From positions 1 to 61,143 of the forward strand of contig JBLIRG010000003.1 in the NCBI GenBank assembly GCA_049472195.1: a stretch of DNA of 61,143 nucleotides, in the 5' to 3' direction. Below the pieces are notes generated by a model. It searched no databases, had not been told where the DNA came from, and was given only the letters and a program-made list of their open reading frames with translations. This document shows positions 40,116-50,281 of this stretch, piece after piece (position 1 is the first letter of the stretch; each line of letters begins with the position of its first letter). Both the position numbers and the translations under genes were made by a program. Source of the stretch: Thermoplasmatota archaeon (GTDB lineage: Archaea; Thermoplasmatota; Penumbrarchaeia; Penumbrarchaeales; Penumbrarchaeaceae).

Positions 40116-40313
40116 ATGAGAAAGCCGCCTGGGACAGGAACCGGGAGACGATGGGGGAAGAGACCGAAGGACCCGTTCCTCCGCATGCTCTATCGTAATC
40201 CGAGAACCGCCGGAAGGATTAGCGCCGGATTGACCATAGCAATGGTGCTGTTCTGGATATTGGTCATTTCCGGGATGGTGCTGGCAGTATATTTTATTCT
40301 GTTCGGGGCATGA
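40116..40313 (+). CDS. Small hypothetical membrane protein
   Basis: Basic N-terminus and long hydrophobic C-terminus; fills the gap between lonB and the MBL gene. Confidence 0.6.
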   Translation: MRKPPGTGTGRRWGKRPKDPFLRMLYRNPRTAGRISAGLTIAMVLFWILVISGMVLAVYFILFGA

Positions 40314-40340
40314 ATCCCGCCCTGGAACGGATCTTGCCGA

Positions 40341-40991
40341 TTATCTGATGCCCTCAATCATCGAATAAGCGAGTTTCATCTCCGATAATGGATCGGACCA
40401 TTCCGATCTTCCGTGGCCCGGGTGAAGCGAGGACACGTCCCATTCGAGCGATCTTCTTATGGAATCCTGATGTTTTTTCAGGTCCCCGCCGGGCAGATCC
40501 CACCTTCCCACACCCCCGTCGCAGAATACCAGGTCGCCGCAGAATAGAGAGCGGGTCCTCTCCTCGATCAACGCCACCTGTCCCCGGCAGTGTCCCGGTG
40601 TGTCCTTGACTTCGAACCGCAGTCCGTCGACCTCCAGCACGGGTTCGAGAATATTGATATCGGATACGGATTCCGGTTTTATACCGAACAGGATCGATCC
40701 CGTCATCGCGGGATTTCCGACTTTCAATATTTCCGCGCATTCCCGCGAGCAGTATATCGGGGATCCGAATTCCTCTCTCAAACCCTGCGCTCCGCCGGAG
40801 TGATCGATATGCTCATGCGTCAGGACTACCGCTGCCAGTTCCGATCCGGCGAGATCGATCCTGATCTTCCTGATCACGGACGGGCCGTGGAGCCCGGTTC
40901 CGGCATCTATCAGAACGGATTCGGTGCTTCCTCTAACAAGAAACATATTTGAATCATAGGGTCCGCCCTGGATGGGAATTACCTTCACCAT
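40341..40991 (-). CDS. Metallo-beta-lactamase-fold hydrolase (glyoxalase II-like)
   Basis: THEHIDH, TPGH, GD, GRWDLPGG, PGHG; start moved to MVKVIPI. Confidence 0.9.
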   Translation of the reverse strand: MVKVIPIQGGPYDSNMFLVRGSTESVLIDAGTGLHGPSVIRKIRIDLAGSELAAVVLTHEHIDHSGGAQGLREEFGSPIYCSRECAEILKVGNPAMTGSILFGIKPESVSDINILEPVLEVDGLRFEVKDTPGHCRGQVALIEERTRSLFCGDLVFCDGGVGRWDLPGGDLKKHQDSIRRSLEWDVSSLHPGHGRSEWSDPLSEMKLAYSMIEGIR

Positions 40992-41052
40992 GTTAATCGA
41001 CCGGAGGGATATACTCGCATCCTTTATTAGTTCCGATCCCTTATGGACGTTC

Positions 41053-42548
41053 ATGGGCGGAGACAGGGTCCTCCCGGACGATCTGAGGATGGAAATACTC
41101 AGCTCGGTCAAACCCGATAGGTCCAAGAGGGAAGAGATAGAGAAGAACGCATCCGATCTCCTCGGTGCAGTGAACGAGACACTTCGGGAAATGTCCTTGC
41201 ATGATGTAAATACAATGCTGGTCGGGTCCGTTTCAAAGGGAACCATGACAACCGATCCGGACCTGGACATATTTCTTATCTTCCCCGCAGATACAGGTGT
41301 CGAGGAACTCGAGAGGATCGGGCTTCGGGTCGGATCGGCCGTCCTGAACGATGCGGAGAAAAAATACACGCAGCACCCGTACATGACCGGAACGTTCAGG
41401 GGCATGAACGCTGACATAGTACCCTGCCTGTCCATGCCCAGGGGGTCCAGGGTGGTAACAGCAGTGGACAGGACCCCTTATCATACAGAATATATTAACG
41501 CCAACCTGAGGGGGGACCAGAGGGACGAGGTGAGGCTGCTCAAATCATTCCTCAAAGGGATCGGAGCATACGGGGCGGAGGATGTGGTATGCGGCTTCAG
41601 CGGGTATCTGACCGAGCTGATGGTGATAAGGTTCGGCGATTTCGACGGGGTCATCCGGCACCTATCATCCCTTCGGTTCGACGATCCGCCGCCGGCGTCG
41701 TTCGAGGTGGTTAGATCCACGGGAAAAAACCGGAATCCGCCGGAGATCCTGAAGTTCGATTCGGATCCCTACATGAGGGAGGTCCCTCTGGATGATGAGG
41801 TATACAGAAAGATGTTCCCCAGGGATTCCCTGATATTCATCGATCCCGTGGATCCCACGAGAAACGTGGCATCTCCGGTTTCCGAGGAAACGCTTTCCCA
41901 CGCAAACCGGAAGGCGAGATCGCTGATCGAAAAGCCCTCCGTCAACTCTTTCTGGCCGGCGTCGAAACGACCCGTCCTTCCGGGAGACGATATCCCGATC
42001 CCGGGGATATTCGGGGATCATATCATTCATATTCTGGATCTTCCGGAAGGAAATCCGGGGATCGTGATATCCCAGCTCAGAAGAAGCCTCGGCCGCTGCA
42101 GGGATGAGCTCAAAAGGTCGGGATTCGAATCGGTGGAGATAGGTTTCCCATACTGACATTGGGTGACGGTAGTCTGGACCCGGCATATCTGAAAAACCGG
42201 GGTGTCTTCAGGATTTCAACTGGATACGACAGGATAGCAGTTCTCCTCAAGGTTCGCCCACCCCTGCTTGGAGATGAGTTGATCCACTGGGGGCCTCCTT
42301 CAGATAATCCCAGAGCAGATGATTTCAGAAGGAAATGGTCCGAACATCATCGGGTTTACCATGAGAAGGGTCGTCTGTATGTCAGGTTGAAAAGGGACGT
42401 GCGCGATCCGGGCCGCCTCCTCGCAGGGATCTGGGATGAAATGAGGCATGGACCGGCATTCCGGGGATCAGCCCTGATCCCCGCCGGGGAAAAGGAAATA
42501 TTCGATACGGACATTACCCACTCCGTCGTCGGGAACGGGGCAGAATAG
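41053..42548 (+). CDS. cca: Class I CCA-adding enzyme, interrupted by a -1 frameshift near 42144-42150
   Basis: VGS...DLDIF, HPY, DIVPC, VDRTPYH, GFSGYLTE, DPVDPTRNVA; the second frame carries the tail motif HWGPP...F..KW...GRLY. Confidence 0.88.
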
Positions 42549-42740
42549 ACATGCCCGGAATTCGGGCAAAGCTTGATCACGATCCCCCCATTTTCCGACG
42601 TTGGAGATCAAGGTCCGACAGCAGGTGTCGATCCTTGAAAGATTGACCCGCGACCAAAGAGGTCGTGAGGTTGATCAAACATAGGAGTATTTAAAAGGAC
42701 AAACGATTGGACGCTTTTAATTCCTATATGATGACGAATC

Positions 42741-43640
42741 ATGCACCCCCTCTCGGAGCAGCGATCGGAGTTGATGTTATTGCCCCTTGAAAGATTTGAC
42801 TACTGTGCTGATCTGGAACAATCCGCCTCGGACCTGGCACCCATAGCCCATGAATCCAGGAAATGGATATTGAAGAGCATATACGAGGCCGGATCGGGGC
42901 ATCCGGGAGGATCCCTTTCGGTAATAGACATATTGACCGCGCTCTACACGAAGGTAATGAGGCAAGATCCCCAGAACCCGCTCTGGCCCGACCGAGATCG
43001 GCTCGTTCTTTCGAAGGGGCATTCCGCTCCTGCGCTGTACACGATACTTGCGATGTCGGGATATTTCGACAAAGAGGAGCTGCTGACCCTCAGAAAGCTC
43101 GGCAGCCGGCTGCAGGGCCATCCCAGCATGAACAAGACCCCGGGAATCGACATATCAACGGGATCGCTCGGCCAGGGATTGTCTATCGCAGTGGGGATGG
43201 CGCTCGGGGCGAAACTGGATCGGAAAGACTACCGGGTATACTGCATCATGGGTGACGGCGAGGTTCAGGAGGGACAGATATGGGAGGCTGCAATGTCTGC
43301 CATACATTACAAGGTTGACAACCTCTGTGCAATCCTGGACCGGAATCAGCTCCAGATCGACGGCCCGACCGAAAAGGTGATGTCGATCGAACCTGTGTTC
43401 CCCAAGTTCAAGGCCTTCGGATGGCACGTTATCGAGATCAACGGCCACGATTACAAGGAGATCCTGAGGGCTCTCAAGGAAGCGGAGACGTTCAAGGGAA
43501 AACCCACCATCATCATAGCGAACACGGTCAAGGGAAAGGGGGTATCCTTCATGGAGGGTGCCGTTAACTTCCACGGCAAACCTCCCACGGCGGAGGAGCT
43601 GGAACAGGGCCTGTCGGAACTCGGGGGTGATGTGGTATGA
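42741..43640 (+). CDS. Transketolase, N-terminal subunit
   Basis: SGHPGGSLS, LSKGH, LQGHP, STGSLGQG, GDGE TPP motif; true start may be ATG 42774. Confidence 0.95.
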   Translation: MHPLSEQRSELMLLPLERFDYCADLEQSASDLAPIAHESRKWILKSIYEAGSGHPGGSLSVIDILTALYTKVMRQDPQNPLWPDRDRLVLSKGHSAPALYTILAMSGYFDKEELLTLRKLGSRLQGHPSMNKTPGIDISTGSLGQGLSIAVGMALGAKLDRKDYRVYCIMGDGEVQEGQIWEAAMSAIHYKVDNLCAILDRNQLQIDGPTEKVMSIEPVFPKFKAFGWHVIEINGHDYKEILRALKEAETFKGKPTIIIANTVKGKGVSFMEGAVNFHGKPPTAEELEQGLSELGGDVV

Positions 43641-44581
43641 GGTGGGAAATGAAGAACATGAGGCCGGGCTTCGGAGAGGCCCTGGTGGAACTTGGAAGCA
43701 GATACCAGCAGGTTGTGGCCCTCAACGCGGATCTATCTTCGTCAACGAAGACCTCCATGTTCGACAAGGCCTTCCCTGAGCGGTTCTTCAACGCCGGCGT
43801 CGCCGAGCAGAACATGATGGGAATGTCGGCAGGCTTGGCCTCAACGGGAAAGATCGTTTTCGCATCCACTTTCGCCATGTTTGCCACGGGACGGGCCTAT
43901 GATCAGATACGCCAATCAATAGCATACCCGAAACTTAACGTGAAGATCGTCGCCACACATGCAGGTATCACGGTTGGAGGCGACGGAGCGTCGCACCAGA
44001 TGCACGAGGACCTGGCCTTGATGAGGGTGCTTCCCCACATGACGGTGATGGCCCCTTCGGACTATTACGAGACAAGAAAGGCCACACTTGCGGCTGCTGA
44101 AAGGCCGGGCCCCTGCTATATTCGACTTGCAAGAACGGATACCCCTGTGATCTATGATGAAAACTATGATTTCGCCATTGGGAAGGCGGATGTTCTAAGA
44201 GAGGGAGACGACGTTACGATAATCGCCATGGGCCTGATGGTCAGCAAGGCCATAGAGGCGGCGGATGAACTCGAAAGGGAGAAGATCTCATCCCGCGTAA
44301 TCAACATGTCCACCATCAAACCGATAGACAAGAACGCCATTATCGATTCGGCCAGAAAAACAGGGGCCATCGTGACTGCTGAGGAACACAATATGATCGT
44401 CGGAATGGGATCGGCTGTCGCCGAGGTCCTGGCCGATTACGAACCGGTTCCACAGAGAAGGGTGGGTATTCCCGACGTATTCGGCGAATCCGGAGAATCG
44501 GATGATCTGATGGAGGCCTACGGCCTTACGGTGAGGAACATTGTGGAGAATGCCAAGAGGGCTGTTGCCATGAAGAGGTGA
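43637..44581 (+). CDS. Transketolase, C-terminal subunit
   Basis: GVAEQNM, RAYDQIR, DGASHQ, AEEH; ATGA overlap. Confidence 0.95.
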   Translation: MRWEMKNMRPGFGEALVELGSRYQQVVALNADLSSSTKTSMFDKAFPERFFNAGVAEQNMMGMSAGLASTGKIVFASTFAMFATGRAYDQIRQSIAYPKLNVKIVATHAGITVGGDGASHQMHEDLALMRVLPHMTVMAPSDYYETRKATLAAAERPGPCYIRLARTDTPVIYDENYDFAIGKADVLREGDDVTIIAMGLMVSKAIEAADELEREKISSRVINMSTIKPIDKNAIIDSARKTGAIVTAEEHNMIVGMGSAVAEVLADYEPVPQRRVGIPDVFGESGESDDLMEAYGLTVRNIVENAKRAVAMKR

Positions 44582-44585
44582 AATC

Positions 44586-45233
44586 ATGAAGATATTTCTC
44601 GACACCGCGAATATTGACCATATCAGAGAGGCCAACGAACTGGGAGTGATCGACGGGGTGACCACCAATCCGTCCCTCATCGCCAAGGAGGGGCGGTTAT
44701 TCGAGGAGGTCGTCAAGGAGATATGCGGAATCGTGGAGGGGCCGATATCGGCGGAAGCGGTAACCGAAAAGGCGGATACCATTGTGGAGGAGGCGGTGGA
44801 GCTCTCAAAGATCCACAGGAACATCGTCGTCAAGATCCCTATGACCGCCGAGGGATTGAAGGCGGTAAAAAGATGTTCGGAGCTTGGCATCAGGACCAAT
44901 GTGACCCTGGTATTTTCCGCAAATCAGGCCCTTCTCGCCGCAAAGGCCGGAGCCACGTACGTTTCCCCTTTCGTGGGGAGAATAGATGACATAACCGAGT
45001 ACGGTATGGAGCTCATCAACAGAATCGCTCTGATATACGAGAATTATAACATCAAGACCGAGATCATCGTTGCTTCGGTCAGAAATCCGCTCCATGTCCT
45101 CGAGGCGGCCCAGGCCGGAGCGGATATCGCGACGATACCGTACAAGGTCCTCATGCAGATGATCAAGCATCCGCTCACCGATATCGGGATCGAGAGGTTC
45201 CTCTCGGACTGGGAGAAGGTCCCCAGGGATTGA
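44586..45233 (+). CDS. tal: Transaldolase (TalC/Fsa family)
   Basis: [32 protein letters not shown]. Confidence 0.93.
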   Translation: MKIFLDTANIDHIREANELGVIDGVTTNPSLIAKEGRLFEEVVKEICGIVEGPISAEAVTEKADTIVEEAVELSKIHRNIVVKIPMTAEGLKAVKRCSELGIRTNVTLVFSANQALLAAKAGATYVSPFVGRIDDITEYGMELINRIALIYENYNIKTEIIVASVRNPLHVLEAAQAGADIATIPYKVLMQMIKHPLTDIGIERFLSDWEKVPRD

Positions 45234-45247
45234 GAGCGGTGTATAGG

Positions 45248-45718
45248 ATGAAGGTCCTTGTGGTAGGTGTCGGATCGAGGATCCGGGGAGATGACGAGGC
45301 GGGACCCAGGGTGTGTGACATCCTGAATGAAAGAATCGGCAATGGAGAATCTCCCGATTTCGGAACAATCGAGGTCATCGATTCCGATGTCATGCCCGAA
45401 AACTTCTCCCGGCCGATAAGGGAGAGCCGGGCGGACATAACGGTTTTCGTGGATGCCGGCGACATGGGAGTCGAACCGGGCGGGATCAGGAAGATCCCCC
45501 TGGACAAGATCGGTGCGACACTCCCATCGACACACACGCTTCCTCTCAACCTTTTCATCGATCATATATCGGAGGATGTCGGGGAAACGATCGTTCTGGG
45601 CATACAGGCCGGCAGCACGGGACTGTTCACCGAGATCTCGGATGAGGTTTCCGATGCCTGCAAGAGATTGGCGGATATGATCTGGAACAACGATCTGGAT
45701 TCCATCGATTCGGCATGA
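45248..45718 (+). CDS. hycI: Hydrogenase maturation protease, HycI type
   Basis: GVGSRIRGDDEAG, PEN, VDA, STHTLPL. Confidence 0.9.
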   Translation: MKVLVVGVGSRIRGDDEAGPRVCDILNERIGNGESPDFGTIEVIDSDVMPENFSRPIRESRADITVFVDAGDMGVEPGGIRKIPLDKIGATLPSTHTLPLNLFIDHISEDVGETIVLGIQAGSTGLFTEISDEVSDACKRLADMIWNNDLDSIDSA

Positions 45719-45902
45719 ACGGCCTGGCTCTCGAACTTGTAAGAAGTTGCAGGCGCAACTTGAGAAAGAAAAACCCATCATGGGCATATTTGATCATATG
45801 TGAATCATCAGTAAACGTGTGAGGCCAACGCATAGGAAAATGGTATATACCCCGATCCCTCATATTACCCGTGATGGGAACCGCATTTCATGGGGTGTTA
45901 CC

Positions 45903-48900
45903 GTGGGAAGCATCAGCACAACGATTCTAGGGGCAGCACTGCTAATATCATCCTCCTTCGCCTCGATGTTCATCCTGGAGGCGCAGGGCCAAGCATTGTA
46001 TGGTAGTCAGAAAGACGGTCCCTTTCCTTCGGCATCAGGGCTTCCGGAGATCACAAACCTGACCTCGAAAGATCCCACGACCGGGGAGCAGTTCTCTCTT
46101 CGAGCTGCGGTTACGGATCCCGACGGGGTCGTCAACGTTTCCGCGGAATACTGGTTCGGGACCGGTGCGAGAACGAACAGCTCCATGTCCCCGCTTCCCA
46201 ACAACCAGTACTCGCTCTGGATCTCGATACCGTCCGGATCGGTCGAACCGCTTCATTACATATTCCATGCGAACGATTCCCTCGGGAACTGGAATCGGAG
46301 CTCCGAATCCGTCGTATCGGTGACGGACAACGACGATCCAGTATTCGGTTCCGATTATTCGGATACCGATCCCTCCACGGGAGATGACCTCGACCTTCTC
46401 GTGGAGATAACCGACAACATCGGTGTGACCGCAGCCGCGGTGGAATACTGGTTCGGATCGGGATCCCATGTGAACGTGTCCCTCTCCAATATCGGTGGCA
46501 ATCTCTGGGGAAGGACAGTGGTGATCGCTCCGGCTGCCGAATCATTGAGATACCGCTTCCACGCGTTCGATTCGGCGGACAACAGTGCGGATACCACCGT
46601 CATATCAATCGCGGTCACCGACAACGATCGGCCGGTTTTCACGGATATATCACTGATATCATGGGTTGGGACCGGAGATACTGTGAATATAACGGCAGAG
46701 ATCAGTGAAAACATAGGTATCGATGACGTATCCCTCGAATACTGGTTCGGGGAATCCGCGCATGCGAACGAAACCATGATCCAGGGATCCGATGATTCGT
46801 GGTATCTTCTGGTTGCCGCGCCGGATAACGCATTGGACGATCTCAATTACACATACCACGCAGTGGATCTCTCGGACAATTACAACTACTCCGGCCCGTA
46901 CAGCATCAAGGTGCGTGATAACGACGCGCCCGTGATCCTGAACGACATGTCCGATCAAAACGGCACGACAGGCGATCCATATGATTTCGAGGTGAAGGGT
47001 CGGGATAATATCGGTATAGCGAACGCAAGCGCCTCATACAGGTTCGGCAGCGGTAACTGGACTCATGTCAACCTCTCCGATGTCATGTATGAAAACTGGA
47101 CCGCCACGATCGTGATACCCCCGGGAACCATCCATCCGATGGAGTATTTCATTACCCTTACGGACGGATCGGACAACCATGTAAATTCCACCGCCGCCTT
47201 CGTGCCGATAGCGGACAACGACGATCCATATGTCCTGGAAGATGCCACCTACGACAACGCCACCACCGGTGAATATTTCAGCTTCTCGGTCTACATCGAG
47301 GATAACATCATGGTCCGCTCATCGTTCGTTGAGTACTGGTTCGGGACCGGCGGACACGTGATCGAACCGATGGTTGGTATGTGCCAGGGGCCTCACCTGT
47401 ATTTCTTCATCATACCGTTCAACTCCACGGACGATCTCTTCTACCGATTCATATTCAACGATACCTCCAACAACACCGTTGTCACATCGGTGAAGATCGT
47501 GGACGTGTGGGACAACGACCTGCCCGTATTCGGCCCGGACATGTCCGGATCGAACGCAACCACGGGTGACGAATTTCCATTCAATGTCACGGCGATGGAT
47601 AATATCGGAATATCCGGGGTTGCAGTCGAATACGGATTCGGCGCTGGGACCTACCTGAACCTGAGCCTCTCGAGGACGGTCGGTAAAGGTCCATGGATCG
47701 GATCTATCATCATTCCCCCGAACTCCCTCGATAAGCTGAGGTACCGTTTCCACGCCGAGGACCCGTCCGGAAATCATAACATGACCGGATGGTTCGTCAG
47801 AACGGTCGTGGATAACGATCCACCGATCATCCTGCTTCCTTCCCCGATCCCGAAGGGGACAACAGGCGACATGTACAAATTCACGGTCGAGGTCTCCGAC
47901 AACATCAACATCCACGAGGTCAGGCTGGAATACTGGTTCGGCGGCGGAAGTCGGGAGAACCTCTCCCTCGCCATGGGTTCCGGATCGGTTTGGACCGGAC
48001 AGATACCGATCCCTCACACGATGGAACGGATGAAATTCACCGTTCACTCATGGGACACCCGCGGAAATAAAGGAGAAGAGGTTTCGGGTGAGGTGGAGAT
48101 TTTCGACAACGATCGACCCGTTCTGGTCGCCGAGAATTCGACGAGAAAGGGCACAACGGGGGAGATCTTCACATTCAGAATAAGTGCCAAGGACAACATC
48201 GGCATAGCCATGGCATCGGTGGAGTACTGGATACATATGAATGATCACCGTATGATAAACATGTCCGGAACGGGGACCTACCAGGTCACTGTCGGGCTTC
48301 CGGACAACATGACAGGGATCCTCCATTACATATTCCATATCAATGATACATCGGGCAATCTGATGACATCTTCCGAATACAGCCTGAACATAACCGACAA
48401 CGATCCGCCTGTCATATCGGATTACCATTTCGAACCCGATGCGGCGGTCATGGGAGGGAGGATAAAGATCTCCCTCAATGCCTCGGACAACATCGATGTC
48501 GATACTGCCGTGGTTTTCTACAGGTTCGGTACGGGCAGTATATCCACCTTGATAATGGAGAGGGGGGAGGTCCAGTATACCGCTTTCATCGATGTTCCTG
48601 ACGGGATCATGATGGATCTGGTGCTCATGATGAGGATTACGGATCGATCTGGAAACGGAGCCGAAACGGACTGGATCAATATAAAAGCCGAGGACCGGAC
48701 CCCTCCATCCATCGAGAATATAGACGATGTGTACATGTACCTAGGCGACAGCATAAACCTCACTGCTGTTGTCGATGATAATCACGGGGTATCCAGAGTA
48801 ACATGGGTCTGGGACACCTCCTCGCATGAGGGATCCGTTCTCAATATCAAACCGGAAGGTGTAATCAATACCACTGTTGTGGTTACCGTCTTCGATCTTT

Positions 48901-49694
48901 CCGGTAATACCGCATCAACAGGGTTTGGACTTATCGTGTGGCCGGTTGACCGTGACGCGGACGGCGACGGAATGCCGGACCTTTACGAGATCCGGATGGG
49001 ATTCGATCCTTGGGATGAAACGGACGCTTCCGGCGATCCGGACGGGGACAACGCCACCAATCTGGAGGAATACCTGAGCTCCACGGATCCCTGGGACGGG
49101 GACTCCGACAATGACGGGATGGACGACGGGTGGGAGCTGAAAAACGGCCTGGATCCTCTCTCTGATGATGCCGGACTCGATCCCGACGGGGACGGCAGAT
49201 CGAACCTGGATGAGTATCTGGCAGGTACCGATCCGCATGGTTACAATCCGGAGGAAGATGAAGGGAACGAGGAGGAGGATTATCTGGTTCTCATAATACT
49301 TGTTTCGATCTTCCTGATCTTCATGATTATCGGCCTCTACTTCTATTTCAGGGAGAAACCGTCGGAAGAGAACATGGTTTCGGCCGAGATGCTTTTCGAT
49401 GATGATGACACGGATTACCATGCCATCGGGGATGATGAGGACCTTGACCGCGATCTCGAGATAATCCAGGAAATGGGAGATATGGACATCCCCGATGATG
49501 CAGAGGCGGATCCGGTGGAAATCAACGGAGAGGATGAACCGGAGCCTCCCGAGGAAGAGGACGATCTCGATGATATGGACCTCCCCGAGGAAGAGGACGA
49601 TCTCGATGATATGGACCTCCCCGAGGAAGAGGACGATCTCGATGATATGGACGAGATCGATGACGAGATGGAAGAGGCGGATACCTATCCATGA
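45903..49694 (+). CDS. Surface protein with about nine tandem Ig/cadherin-like repeats, TSP3-like Ca repeats, TM and acidic tail
   Basis: About 96-aa repeats with TTG, DNIG, EYWFG and DNDxP linkers; [21 protein letters not shown] repeats; probable GTG start 45903 after GGGGTG (the ORF track starts at 45819). Confidence 0.82.
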   Translation: MGSISTTILGAALLISSSFASMFILEAQGQALYGSQKDGPFPSASGLPEITNLTSKDPTTGEQFSLRAAVTDPDGVVNVSAEYWFGTGARTNSSMSPLPNNQYSLWISIPSGSVEPLHYIFHANDSLGNWNRSSESVVSVTDNDDPVFGSDYSDTDPSTGDDLDLLVEITDNIGVTAAAVEYWFGSGSHVNVSLSNIGGNLWGRTVVIAPAAESLRYRFHAFDSADNSADTTVISIAVTDNDRPVFTDISLISWVGTGDTVNITAEISENIGIDDVSLEYWFGESAHANETMIQGSDDSWYLLVAAPDNALDDLNYTYHAVDLSDNYNYSGPYSIKVRDNDAPVILNDMSDQNGTTGDPYDFEVKGRDNIGIANASASYRFGSGNWTHVNLSDVMYENWTATIVIPPGTIHPMEYFITLTDGSDNHVNSTAAFVPIADNDDPYVLEDATYDNATTGEYFSFSVYIEDNIMVRSSFVEYWFGTGGHVIEPMVGMCQGPHLYFFIIPFNSTDDLFYRFIFNDTSNNTVVTSVKIVDVWDNDLPVFGPDMSGSNATTGDEFPFNVTAMDNIGISGVAVEYGFGAGTYLNLSLSRTVGKGPWIGSIIIPPNSLDKLRYRFHAEDPSGNHNMTGWFVRTVVDNDPPIILLPSPIPKGTTGDMYKFTVEVSDNINIHEVRLEYWFGGGSRENLSLAMGSGSVWTGQIPIPHTMERMKFTVHSWDTRGNKGEEVSGEVEIFDNDRPVLVAENSTRKGTTGEIFTFRISAKDNIGIAMASVEYWIHMNDHRMINMSGTGTYQVTVGLPDNMTGILHYIFHINDTSGNLMTSSEYSLNITDNDPPVISDYHFEPDAAVMGGRIKISLNASDNIDVDTAVVFYRFGTGSISTLIMERGEVQYTAFIDVPDGIMMDLVLMMRITDRSGNGAETDWINIKAEDRTPPSIENIDDVYMYLGDSINLTAVVDDNHGVSRVTWVWDTSSHEGSVLNIKPEGVINTTVVVTVFDLSGNTASTGFGLIVWPVDRDADGDGMPDLYEIRMGFDPWDETDASGDPDGDNATNLEEYLSSTDPWDGDSDNDGMDDGWELKNGLDPLSDDAGLDPDGDGRSNLDEYLAGTDPHGYNPEEDEGNEEEDYLVLIILVSIFLIFMIIGLYFYFREKPSEENMVSAEMLFDDDDTDYHAIGDDEDLDRDLEIIQEMGDMDIPDDAEADPVEINGEDEPEPPEEEDDLDDMDLPEEEDDLDDMDLPEEEDDLDDMDEIDDEMEEADTYP
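49548..49652 (+). repeat. 36-nt coding tandem repeat, 2.9 identical copies ([12 protein letters not shown])
   Basis: CCCGAGGAAGAGGACGATCTCGATGATATGGACCTC at 49548, 49584 and 49620 (last copy 33 nt). Confidence 0.95.
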
Positions 49695-49745
49695 TGATCC
49701 GAGACTGCCGCAAAAGACACCTGCTGTCCCGAAATGGAACCAAGA

Positions 49746-50276
49746 TCACTTCTTTGGCTTTGTGACCTTCTTTTTTGACGTTCCGGATGCCTTCTTCTTA
49801 ACGGTTTTCCTCACCGGGGGCTCGGGTGCCTTTTCCGGCTCCTCCTTCTTGCCCTCGTCCGTGAAATTGCCCGAGTCCAGAACTATCATATCCTCCCCGT
49901 ACTTGTCGAGGTTCGCCATGAGGAACTCCTCGGACATCTTGAGGCATTTCTTCGGGCAGATCTCGGTGCAGAGCTCGCAGAATGTGCACCTTGAAACGTA
50001 GATCTTGACCTTCCTCCCGTCCGGAATGAACTCTATGGCCTGGGAGGGGCAGACCTTTATGCACATCTGGCAGCCGATACATGCCTCGCGGTCGTACATT
50101 ATCTTGCCCCGAAATCGGGGTGGTATGTCCACCGGCGGTATCATCTTCTTCCTGCCCTGTTCAACATCCTTCAGTACCCTGTGAACGTTCTGCGGCGCAT
50201 GCGGGACCGGGAACAGATTGGTCGCCGGGTCCGAGAAGAATTGTTTCAAAAGTTCGAAAAAAGCGTGCGTTACCAT
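49746..50276 (-). CDS. mbhN: Mbh 2x[4Fe-4S] subunit (NuoI-like)
   Basis: FRGKI, CIGCQMCIKVCP, CTFCELCTEICP. Confidence 0.88.
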   Translation of the reverse strand: MVTHAFFELLKQFFSDPATNLFPVPHAPQNVHRVLKDVEQGRKKMIPPVDIPPRFRGKIMYDREACIGCQMCIKVCPSQAIEFIPDGRKVKIYVSRCTFCELCTEICPKKCLKMSEEFLMANLDKYGEDMIVLDSGNFTDEGKKEEPEKAPEPPVRKTVKKKASGTSKKKVTKPKK

Positions 50277-50281
50277 TCATA

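Noticed and set aside
42154-42156. TGA in cca as selenocysteine or readthrough
   Set aside because: The same frame stops again about 12 codons later; the conserved tail is in the -1 frame
42551-42740. TPP riboswitch upstream of transketolase
   Set aside because: Lacks the conserved CUGAGA and CCUGA...AAU...GCG.AGG elements
45744-45761. AAGTTGC-AGGC-GCAACTT hairpin after hycI as a terminator
   Set aside because: 7-bp stem with no U tract on the + strand; too weak to call
49548-49652. 36-nt direct repeats as a CRISPR array
   Set aside because: No spacers, in frame within a CDS, and no cas genes in the window
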